Assembly: GCA_018679295.1 (NCBI GenBank)
Contig: JAHHLP010000570.1
Coordinates: 1 to 36,907 of the forward strand
Length of the DNA: 36,907 nt
Origin: Rhodothermia bacterium
GTDB taxonomy: Bacteria > Bacteroidota > Rhodothermia > Rhodothermales > JABDKH01
Reading direction: 5' to 3'
Positions 17,701-25,499 of the stretch are shown piece after piece. Position 1 is the stretch's first letter; each line of letters opens with the position of its first letter. The notes under the pieces are model-generated. The model searched no databases and was not told the origin of the DNA. It saw only the letters and a list, made by a program, of their open reading frames with translations. The position numbers and the translations under genes are program-made.

Positions 17701-18776
17701 TGGTTGGCACCCACGCACATATCACTGTACTTAGCGACGCCCTTCGTTCGCGTCTCGTGAGCGTTCTGACGGCCCACGTCGCGATGGCGCTAATGCTTGC
17801 CGGATCCGTCGTGCCAACCGCTACAGCCCAGATCCTGCCATCGCTCGGCGGTGATCGCGCAGGCACGTCGGGGTTTCAGTTTCTCAAGATCGCGGTTGAT
17901 CCGAGGGGAGCCGCGATGGGAGAATCGGTCGTCGCCAATGCCTCCGACGCTGCCGCTATCTTCTGGAACCCTGCTCTTGCGACAAGGACAGATCGGCTGC
18001 AGGTTGCCGGCAGCCATGTGGCCTACTTTGCCGACATCAATATGGAGTTCGCGGCGGCCGCGTACCGCTTCAGGGGCTCCAACATCGCGCTCGGCCTAAG
18101 CCTTCAAACGCTGACGTCCGGAGACATGGACGTAACGACAGAGTTCCAGCCATTCGGTACTGGCGAGACGTTTCAGTTCAGGGACCTTGCCGCCGGCCTC
18201 ACCTTCGCACAAAGCCTTACGGACCTCTTTAGTTACGGAATCACCTCAAAACTTGTCAGAGAGAGTACGGCCGGCATCTCCACAACGACCGCGGTATTCG
18301 ACGTGGGTGTGCTGTACCGCGTCGGCGACACAGGGGCCAGCATGGGAGTAGTAGTTCGGAACTTCGGAATCGACGGACAACCTTCAGGCAAAATAGACCG
18401 GGTTGTGATCGGCGAAAATCAGGTTGTCACCGAGGACGACTTCGACAACATAACACCGCCGACCACATTCCTTCTCGGCTTTAGCTACAGGATCTTGCAG
18501 AACAGCGCGCGCAGCGACCTGCTTCTGTCCGCACAGCTGAACAACCCCAACGACAACGCGGAGAACTGGAATCTGGGCGTCGAATACACCTGGAGCGACC
18601 TGCTGATTCTGCGCGCGGGTTACAGGTTTGGGATCGAGGAATTCGACGTACCCAGTTTCGGCGTCGGCCTGAACATCCCCTATGCGGGTCCCCACCTTCG
18701 TTTTGATTATGGATTTAACCGGCTGAGCCGCCTGGGATCCGTCCACCGGGTCGGCCTAAACGTGTCTATCAACTGA
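17700..18776 (+). CDS. PorV/PorQ-family (FadL-like) outer-membrane beta-barrel protein
   Basis: 358-aa ORF. Its ATG shares one base with the TAA of the upstream receptor (TAATG). After the signal peptide (...SVVPTATAQ) comes GFQFLKIAVDPRGAAMGESVVANASDAAAIFWNPA, matching my recollection of the PorV N-terminal signature (FL.I..daR...mG.a.vA...Da.a..wNPA). Alternative start at 17784. Confidence 0.8.
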   Translation: MVGTHAHITVLSDALRSRLVSVLTAHVAMALMLAGSVVPTATAQILPSLGGDRAGTSGFQFLKIAVDPRGAAMGESVVANASDAAAIFWNPALATRTDRLQVAGSHVAYFADINMEFAAAAYRFRGSNIALGLSLQTLTSGDMDVTTEFQPFGTGETFQFRDLAAGLTFAQSLTDLFSYGITSKLVRESTAGISTTTAVFDVGVLYRVGDTGASMGVVVRNFGIDGQPSGKIDRVVIGENQVVTEDDFDNITPPTTFLLGFSYRILQNSARSDLLLSAQLNNPNDNAENWNLGVEYTWSDLLILRAGYRFGIEEFDVPSFGVGLNIPYAGPHLRFDYGFNRLSRLGSVHRVGLNVSIN

Positions 18777-18876
18777 GACCTCCTCTTATCATAGCACGCA
18801 GTTTCGATAACGACGATGGTCGTCGATCCTGGTTTGAGCGTGAATCGGGGCGGGACGGCGAAAGACATGCTACCTC

Positions 18877-18899
18877 CGACTCCCTCGGCGCGGGAGTCG
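18877..18899 (+). other. 8-bp GC-rich stem-loop downstream of the PorV-like gene
   Basis: CGACTCCC (18877-18884), loop tcggcgc, GGGAGTCG (18892-18899), inside the 170-nt gap before the next gene. No U-tract, so its function (terminator or processing site) is uncertain. Confidence 0.3.
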
Positions 18900-18946
18900 A
18901 GCACGCGCATGGCGAGTGCGGCCACAACAATAGGCGTATTTGGGGC

Positions 18947-20185
18947 ATGCGACTGCCGACGTTGGCGATGCTCGCGTTTGTGATGGTTTGGACCGGCTGC
19001 GACGGCATCTTCGGTTCCAAGTCCGACGGGACGACTGAAGAGATTTTCGAAGTCGGTCGGCAGGAGCCCGGGCTGTTCAGCGAGGCGGAGTATGTCGCGC
19101 TTGTGCCGTTCTACACGTTGGCCGGCGACGGCCAGCAATTGATGGAGCCGTCCGACGTTTACTTTGGATATGACGAGTTTCTGTATGTAACGGACGCGCG
19201 CGGCCTTCACGTGCTGGATCGGGCGGGTCGGCCGGCTAACTTCATCCCCATAGAAGGCGGAGCGACCTCCGTTATTCAGGATCGAAGGCTCAACGTATAC
19301 GTGACGGCGCGCCGGGACACTTTTCTGAATGGCAGGACCTGGTCGCTTCCGGTCGTGATACGATATGCGAATGTAACCATTGGTACACCCCGCGTGGACC
19401 TGACGCTTTGGCATCCATTCGACGACGACTCACGCAAGTTCAATCTGCCGGATCCACGCGATACCGATGAGTCGGTGGACTTCACCGGCGTGGCCATTCT
19501 GTTCAACAACAACATCTATGTGTCGCGGCGGGGACCGGTGAACAATACGCGGAGCGTCATCCTTCCGCACAACACGGTACTCGAGTTCACTTTCGATGGG
19601 ATCAACACACAGTCGCTGCCGCTAGACCCAAATCGCGAGGGACTTCGCAGCGCGATCAATCCCACCGACGTCATGACGTTCGTACAGCCGCCGCAGGGTG
19701 AATTCTTTCCCTCGAGTAAGCATCTCGCCCTTGCGCAGACTTCCGAGGTAGCCGGGTCGGTTCGATTTGGTGTTCTGTCGCTTTTGGCGAACGTGACACC
19801 CGACGGCATCATCTACGAGCCGGACAGCCGGAAAGTGCAGATAGCTGGCGATACAACACGAGGAGACGGCTTCCTCTATGAGGAGTTCAAGTTCAGTCAT
19901 CCTTCCGACATCACGTTCGCAGGCGACAACACGCAGTACTGGTTTGTCGTCGACCGGGATAAGGACAGCCTCTTTGTGTTCACGGCAAATGGCGTCGAGG
20001 GTGTGGCACCGCCTCCCGGAGCTCGCAGTTCGAAGCCGGTGGTTGTCTCTTTCGGCGGCAATGGCAGCGGCGCCCTTCAATTTGACCGCCCCGAGGGTGT
20101 CGCCTATGGCGATGAGATCGTATATGTGGCCGACACGGGTAATAACCGCGTGTCGCGATTCCGCCTGAACACGGACTTTGAGTGA
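18947..20185 (+). CDS. NHL-repeat (beta-propeller) lipoprotein
   Basis: 412-aa ORF with a lipoprotein signal MRLPTLAMLAFVMVWTGC|DG. NHL-type repeats, e.g. FDRPEGVAYGDEIVYVADTGNNRVSRFRL and MEPSDVYFGYDEFLYVTDARGLHVLDRAG. Confidence 0.8.
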   Translation: MRLPTLAMLAFVMVWTGCDGIFGSKSDGTTEEIFEVGRQEPGLFSEAEYVALVPFYTLAGDGQQLMEPSDVYFGYDEFLYVTDARGLHVLDRAGRPANFIPIEGGATSVIQDRRLNVYVTARRDTFLNGRTWSLPVVIRYANVTIGTPRVDLTLWHPFDDDSRKFNLPDPRDTDESVDFTGVAILFNNNIYVSRRGPVNNTRSVILPHNTVLEFTFDGINTQSLPLDPNREGLRSAINPTDVMTFVQPPQGEFFPSSKHLALAQTSEVAGSVRFGVLSLLANVTPDGIIYEPDSRKVQIAGDTTRGDGFLYEEFKFSHPSDITFAGDNTQYWFVVDRDKDSLFVFTANGVEGVAPPPGARSSKPVVVSFGGNGSGALQFDRPEGVAYGDEIVYVADTGNNRVSRFRLNTDFE

Positions 20186-20208
20186 TCGCGTCGCGTGATC
20201 GTTTGTGT
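20184..20208 (+). terminator. Weak candidate terminator after the NHL lipoprotein gene
   Basis: GATCGCG-tcg-CGTGATC (7-bp stem with one G-U pair) overlaps the TGA stop and is followed by GTTTGTGT. Short stem and tiny loop, so confidence is low. Confidence 0.2.
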
Positions 20209-20304
20209 CGCCGGTCGAAATTGTAATCTTTAGATCGCGCGACGGCGCTGTCACCATCCCAGCCGCGCATTCCCACCTACCGACCTCAACCTATAGCTCA
20301 ACGG

Positions 20305-21513
20305 ATGAACGCTGCATCGAAACTCGCTTGCCTCGTCGGTTGCGCTGCTATGGTCGTGCCCGGAACGCGCGCTCAGTCGATACCCCCGAAGGGCAGTGCT
20401 GGAACGTTTGAGGTTGCCAGTTGGAATGTCGAGTTCTTCGGAGCGGCCGGCGGGCCGAGCGACGACGACAGGCAGATTGCGAACGTTCGAGATGTCATTC
20501 TCGCTTCAAATGTTGACTTGTGGGCGTTTCAGGAGATTGCGGATGAGGCCGACTTTGCGAGTCTCGTAGCCAGCCTCGGTTCGCCGTACGAAAGTCTCAT
20601 CGCACCCACCTCCTCCCGGCAGGGCCTCGGCCTCGCGTACGTGTATAACGCCGACGTAGTTCGGCTCCGTAGCGTAAGAGAAATCCTGACCCAGTTTGCA
20701 TCCGACTTTGCCGGTCGGCCTCCCTTCCAGATGGAGGCCGAGATCGTGCTGCCGGACACGACAGTTGTCGTCACGCTCATCAACCTACATATGAAGGCGC
20801 AGAGTGACCAGGACTCATACGACAAGCGGGCAGCAGCATCGATCCGGCTCAAGAACAACATCGACTTCAGCCTGCTAGCCTCGCGGCCTGTGATCATTCT
20901 CGGCGATTACAACGATCTGCTGCTCAACTCGATTACGTTTCGGCAGCCGTCGCCGTACAAGAACTTCGTCGATGATGTCGGCAACTACGGTACACCGACC
21001 GTGCAAATGCAGATCGACGAACGAAGTACCTTTTGCGGAAGCAGCCCTTCCTGCAACGGATCTACGATCGATCACATCATCGTCACAAACGAAGTGGAGC
21101 CCTGGTACGTAGGGGGTTCGGCGGATCACTACGACGAACTCCTGACGGCTGTCTCCGATTATGTTTTCACGACCTCAGATCACCTTCCCGTCTTGGCGGT
21201 ATTCGACGTCGCTCAGGGAGTGGGAGTTGAAGATCCGGCGACGGCGCAACCGCCTCGCGAAATCCGCGTCGCCGCTTACCCGAATCCTTGGAAGGAGGAT
21301 CTCACTGTAGAAGTAACAACGGATCGTCCAGGACATACCTTCGTGCACCTTTTCGACATAGTCGGTCGAGAGGTTTATTCCGAATTCCTCCATCTCCCCA
21401 CTGCGGGGACCTACGGTCTCAAGATCGCGCTGCCACGACTCCCGTCCGGTGTCTACATGTTGTCATCGCGCGGTCCGCTCGGAGAGGATTCGCGGTTGAT
21501 CGTTCGTCCGTGA
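20305..21513 (+). CDS. Endonuclease/exonuclease/phosphatase (EEP, DNase I-like fold) family protein with T9SS C-terminal sorting domain
   Basis: 402-aa ORF with the signal peptide MNAASKLACLVGCAAMVVPGTRAQS. EEP motifs in order: VASWNVEFFG, LWAFQEI, NLHMKA, IILGDYND, IDHIIVT, SDHLPVLAVF. C-terminal CTD: AAYPNPWKEDLTVEV...HLFDIVGREV...GVYMLSS...LIVRP. Confidence 0.85.
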   Translation: MNAASKLACLVGCAAMVVPGTRAQSIPPKGSAGTFEVASWNVEFFGAAGGPSDDDRQIANVRDVILASNVDLWAFQEIADEADFASLVASLGSPYESLIAPTSSRQGLGLAYVYNADVVRLRSVREILTQFASDFAGRPPFQMEAEIVLPDTTVVVTLINLHMKAQSDQDSYDKRAAASIRLKNNIDFSLLASRPVIILGDYNDLLLNSITFRQPSPYKNFVDDVGNYGTPTVQMQIDERSTFCGSSPSCNGSTIDHIIVTNEVEPWYVGGSADHYDELLTAVSDYVFTTSDHLPVLAVFDVAQGVGVEDPATAQPPREIRVAAYPNPWKEDLTVEVTTDRPGHTFVHLFDIVGREVYSEFLHLPTAGTYGLKIALPRLPSGVYMLSSRGPLGEDSRLIVRP

Positions 21514-21568
21514 GTTCAGGGCTGGCCGCTCCAGTCGGCAACAGCAATCGGTTGCCAACAAAAAGAAA

Positions 21569-21594
21569 GCCCCGGCCTGGGAAGTGGCCGGGGC
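21569..21594. terminator. Intrinsic terminator hairpin between convergent genes (U-tract on the minus-strand side)
   Basis: GCCCCGGCC (21569-21577), loop tgggaagt, GGCCGGGGC (21586-21594). It is preceded on the plus strand by AACAAAAAGAAA, which reads as a T-rich tail on the minus strand after the gene ending at 21641. It also lies 56 nt after the plus-strand stop at 21513. Confidence 0.75.
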
Positions 21595-21640
21595 TGATCA
21601 ACACCATCTTGTTGGCATCAGGTGGCTTTGAAAGGGAGAA

Positions 21641-21829
21641 TCAGTTGTCGGTGGTCTTCTGGTTGTATTCGAACCAGATCAGCATGGCGTCAACGTGCTT
21701 CCCGAAGGGGCATCCTGCCTCGCGGTACTCGTCCAGCGCCGTTCTGAAAAAAGTCGATAGGAAACGGCGAAGATGCGGCGTGTTTCCACGCTGCGTACTG
21801 CTCGGCTGGCCGTGATTCTCGTTGGTCAT
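21641..21829 (-). CDS. Small hypothetical protein (62 aa)
   Basis: ATG preceded by AGGAGAGC. Third-codon positions are GC-rich like the neighbouring genes. It is followed by the terminator hairpin at 21569-21594. No motif recognised. Confidence 0.5.
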   Translation of the reverse strand: MTNENHGQPSSTQRGNTPHLRRFLSTFFRTALDEYREAGCPFGKHVDAMLIWFEYNQKTTDN

Positions 21830-22023
21830 GCTCTCCTCTACAGGATTCTCGTCGATTCTCCTACCTGTAATCGGCGTGCGAGGGGATTTCTATAGCCGAA
21901 GAAGAAGCCCCAAAACCGGCAAATGAGGCGGCGCCTCGCCATCGATCTTCATCGACCACGAAGCGCCGCAACCGGTCGCTGAAAGGGGGACAGCGACGTT
22001 CCCAAGGCTGATTTTGGCCTGTA

Positions 22024-22557
22024 TCAGTCGTCAGCCAACTGGAAGTAGTTCTTCACCGCCTCATAATTGGTCAGATCCACTTCGGATTTTCCAAACGGGA
22101 AGCCGTCAATTATTACCGCCTTCATCTCGCGGTCCGGCATGTTCTCGAGCGCAATCCCTTCCGCGGAGGCTTCGTAAAAGACCTCCAGAAAGCCGTCGTC
22201 AAAGCCGAATCCGAGCGTTACGATGAAGTCGACTGCCTGCTGTTCCGGATTATCGAATCCGAACGTATAAGGCATCGCCGTCCACGTTCCCTGCTCGCGG
22301 AAGAAGACGAGCACCGCGCCTTCGTCTACAACAGTCGGGGTAATTCCCGGTACATCATACTGGACCGATGCGACCTTGCCGTTGATGATGGCATCCGCCA
22401 TCAGAAAGTCAAAGCTGACGGTGAATACGTTGGCGTTTCCGTCTGCTCCGCGCGGTCCCGGAGGTCCAGGAGGGCCTTGCTCGACGACGGTTGTCTCGCA
22501 TGCGCTCAACAACGCAAGGAAGAGAATTCCTAGTAAGCTGGTCGTTATCGTTTTCAT
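22024..22557 (-). CDS. Lipoprotein with short collagen-like (G-X-Y) repeat
   Basis: The Met at 22557 gives MKTITTSLLGILFLALLSAC|ETT (lipobox LSAC), followed by GPPGPPGPRGADG and a ~140-aa C-terminal domain. The track ORF start at 22605 adds 16 non-signal residues and is less likely. Confidence 0.75.
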   Translation of the reverse strand: MKTITTSLLGILFLALLSACETTVVEQGPPGPPGPRGADGNANVFTVSFDFLMADAIINGKVASVQYDVPGITPTVVDEGAVLVFFREQGTWTAMPYTFGFDNPEQQAVDFIVTLGFGFDDGFLEVFYEASAEGIALENMPDREMKAVIIDGFPFGKSEVDLTNYEAVKNYFQLADD

Positions 22558-22817
22558 GACTATCACCTGATCTGTTTGCGAAGGCCAGCGGGCCCCGGCG
22601 ATCATTCGAAACCAGGTGATTGCAAACGAGGCTCCACCTTCGATTCTGCGCCCTTATCGAGGCCCTCCCCGCAAAAAGCGGCCAGAAACCACGATAATTC
22701 GTCCAGCTTAATGGACACTTCACATTCTGTGAAGCGCTCCATAACGTCTGGGTAACGGAGCATTTGGCATAGCGACTCTCGATTGGACACGCGCCAGGCC
22801 TTTCCGCCCTGGCCGAC

Positions 22818-25499
22818 CTACAGGCTCACTACATGACCGCCCGCAGATCGCTCGAGCTCTGCCGCCATCCAGTCGTGACAGGTGAAGAAGAAAACCTGCC
22901 TTGATTCGGCGATATCGGCAATTAATTGAAGGCCGCGTTTCCGTCGTTCTTCGTCCCAATTGACAAGCACCTCGTCGAGGAAGAGAGGAAGTGGGTCGCT
23001 GGGATCGTCCAGGTGGTCGGCGATGGCGAATCTCAGCGTGAGGTAAATCTGGTCAAGTGTACCACGGCTCAGGGGCGGTCCCACAGGAGTGATCCTGCGT
23101 CGGTGTGCGTCGTGGACCATGAGCTGGCCGTCGTTGTCTTCGGTAAGTTCAAGGCGATCGTACCTACCCCCGGTGAGCGCCGCCAACATCATGGATGCTC
23201 GCTTGACGACATCAGGTTGGTGCTTTTCCCGAAAGGACTCGTCGGCTTCACGCATGAGGTTCGCGAGCAACACGAGACGGTCTCTTTCCTCTTCGGCGCT
23301 CCTTATCTCCCCCTCCAGGACCTCGACCTCACTTTCAAGTTCAGCCACTGTCGGCAAACTGCGCAGCGCTGACACGCGCGCTTCTCTCTCCGCGATGCTC
23401 TCAACCAGGCTTGCGATCTCGGCTCTGGTTTCCTCGATACGGGAATCCAGTTGCACGCGTGCCTTGTCCGTAAGAACCACGGCACCGTTGAGCGATGATA
23501 TCTCCTCTTTGAGCGTCGCGAGGTCCAGATGGCGCGTCTCCAGTTCTTCCCGGATTGATGATGCTCGCCGGCTGAGTGACCGCCTCTCCTCAAGGACGAG
23601 CGAACCCTTGTCCGGATCTCCCTCTCCCAATTGCTCAAGCGCCGACTCGATAATTTGGAGCTCTTGAACAACGCATTCCAGGCGCTGCTGCCGCTCGGAA
23701 GCTGCCGCCTCCTCCTCGTCAATCTGTGCCGATGCATGCGCAGCGGCCAACCGTTTTTCCTCCGCTCGTTCCAGCATGTCGGCCAGCAGGCGAACCAGGC
23801 GCTCGGCAGGCAGGGACGAGTCGATGCTCATCGTCTTGGCGACGGAGACGCCCCGATCCTCCTCCATGCCCACAAGATCAGCCAGCCGAGCGGATTCAGT
23901 CTCGTCAGCGGCTATACGTGTGAGCAATGTTTGAAGCTCCTGAACGCCTTCGACAAGTTCAGCGGTCTTCTCGAACCGCTCATCGAAATCTACTCCCAGG
24001 AATCTCAGCTTTTCGGCAATTCTCGTCCGTGACTTCTCGATTTCAAGGTCGATCTCGGCAACATGATTGACCGGACCGGTGGCATCAGCACGCGCCAGTC
24101 TGCGATTACTCGCGATGGCCTGCAGCAACAAGGCCGCTCCCGCCGAAGCGAACACAAGTGCCGGTCCCCACACCAGCGACCGACCGACCAGAAAACCGAT
24201 GATCGCTACGACGACGCCGAGCAGAAATACGATAGTCCACGGAGCTACCGCCACCGACTCCTCTCTATACTCCTTGCGGTCCGCCGCACGCGTCCGCCTA
24301 TCCAAAAGCGATTTCAGTTCCGCCAGCGACACACGGACATCGTCAACCGGAAAGGACCCGACACTACGTCGAGCCACCGCGTCTTGGGCGACAGGCATGA
24401 CGCGATTCCACATTTCGTCCAGCGCTAACCTGCGCTCATCCACCCGCCGTTTCAAATCGTCCAGTTGTGCCTGACGTTCGACCATGATACCGGATCGGGA
24501 TTGCAGCGACCGGATCTCTGAGGCATGACGAACCGCTTCCTTTGCAGCGTCATCAAATGCCTCAGATGTGGATCGAAGTCGATCCAACGTCCCGAGGCGC
24601 GTGCGGACTTCAGCCTTGAGTCGATCTTTCTCTTCGCGCAACCGGTTGAGAGTCAAGGCCGGCTCTGGAGGTATCATCGCATATGTAGACAGATCGCCCG
24701 CTTGCTCCTCGAGCCTTGTGATCTGCTGCAACCCCTGTTTCACGGGTATGAGGCGATCGGTGGTTCGTATTGCTGCCCGGTCCTCTTGAAGCTGACTCTC
24801 GAGCTCAGACTTGCGAGCGGTCATCGTATCGACCTCCTCCGAGAGACGCCGGGCCTCCAGGTCGCGATCGCGCGCTTCTCGAATCTGGCCGCGGATCGAC
24901 CTGACGTCCTCGCGCAACTCCGCCGACCGCGCCTTACCGCGACGATCGGTCCGCCAAAGGCGACCCGCTTCCCTATCAAGCTCGGCCGCGACCTCGCGAG
25001 GATTCCGCACCTGCTCGATATTCAACCCGCCAAGGAGACGATCCTGAATCGTGTCCCATGCCTTGCCCTCGATTCTGACCATGTCAGCCAGACTCAGAGC
25101 GTACACCGCCTCGAACAAGTCTCGACTGACGGGAGCCAGCTCTGGAATCGGTCTGTTCCGCAGATCTTCCTTTCTGCCAAACAGCCCATCCATTCCCACG
25201 TTGAGTTGGCCGCGGGGAGTACTTCGAAGAGAGCGCTCCAGCGAACAAGCCGTCTTGCCGGCGACAAACGCCATGCTGCCCGAGAGCCGGCCGGAGTCTG
25301 GACGGTACGGATGCTTTGCCGCGTTGGCGGGACTAAAACCGAACAGCATCGTCTTGAGGAACTCGAAGAAGGTCGACTTTCCAGCCTCGTTAGGACCGAG
25401 AAGCACGACCAATGCGTGGTCGAGGTCAGCAAATGTGCGCTCTTCCAGTGTGCCGAATTGCTCGATATGACAGCTTATTATCCGCACGTCTTGCGTCAC
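22818..25499 (-). CDS. YhaN-like SMC/SbcC-type AAA ATPase with central transmembrane hairpin
   Basis: 893-aa ORF. The GTG start overlaps the upstream stop (GTGA). Walker A LLGPNEAGKSTFFEF. Long heptad-rich Glu/Arg/Leu coiled-coil arms. Central hydrophobic hairpin (WTIVFLLGVVVAIIGFLV...GPALVFASAGAALLLQAIA). Signature-like LSRGTLDQIYLTLRFAIA. Walker B PLFLDEVLVNWD. No CxxC zinc hook anywhere in the protein. Confidence 0.85.
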   Translation of the reverse strand: MTQDVRIISCHIEQFGTLEERTFADLDHALVVLLGPNEAGKSTFFEFLKTMLFGFSPANAAKHPYRPDSGRLSGSMAFVAGKTACSLERSLRSTPRGQLNVGMDGLFGRKEDLRNRPIPELAPVSRDLFEAVYALSLADMVRIEGKAWDTIQDRLLGGLNIEQVRNPREVAAELDREAGRLWRTDRRGKARSAELREDVRSIRGQIREARDRDLEARRLSEEVDTMTARKSELESQLQEDRAAIRTTDRLIPVKQGLQQITRLEEQAGDLSTYAMIPPEPALTLNRLREEKDRLKAEVRTRLGTLDRLRSTSEAFDDAAKEAVRHASEIRSLQSRSGIMVERQAQLDDLKRRVDERRLALDEMWNRVMPVAQDAVARRSVGSFPVDDVRVSLAELKSLLDRRTRAADRKEYREESVAVAPWTIVFLLGVVVAIIGFLVGRSLVWGPALVFASAGAALLLQAIASNRRLARADATGPVNHVAEIDLEIEKSRTRIAEKLRFLGVDFDERFEKTAELVEGVQELQTLLTRIAADETESARLADLVGMEEDRGVSVAKTMSIDSSLPAERLVRLLADMLERAEEKRLAAAHASAQIDEEEAAASERQQRLECVVQELQIIESALEQLGEGDPDKGSLVLEERRSLSRRASSIREELETRHLDLATLKEEISSLNGAVVLTDKARVQLDSRIEETRAEIASLVESIAEREARVSALRSLPTVAELESEVEVLEGEIRSAEEERDRLVLLANLMREADESFREKHQPDVVKRASMMLAALTGGRYDRLELTEDNDGQLMVHDAHRRRITPVGPPLSRGTLDQIYLTLRFAIADHLDDPSDPLPLFLDEVLVNWDEERRKRGLQLIADIAESRQVFFFTCHDWMAAELERSAGGHVVSL

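Noticed and set aside
22440-22480. Collagen-like triplets as evidence of a phage tail fibre or prophage remnant
   Set aside because: There are only four to five G-X-Y triplets in a 177-aa lipoprotein with a lipobox, and no phage structural, integrase or lysis genes nearby.
22718-22734. Palindrome CTTCACA-ttc-TGTGAAG upstream of the lipoprotein gene, as a possible CRP/FNR-type operator
   Set aside because: The half-site orientation and spacing (TCACA-N3-TGTGA) do not match the TGTGA-N6-TCACA consensus. It is a single short occurrence about 160 nt from the start codon, which could arise by chance.
22602-22790. 62-aa minus-strand ORF in the 260-nt gap between the ATPase gene and the collagen-like lipoprotein gene
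   Set aside because: Codon third-position bias is weaker than in neighbouring genes, and there is no recognisable motif, signal or start context. It may just be open intergenic sequence. I have not excluded it, but the evidence is too weak to call.
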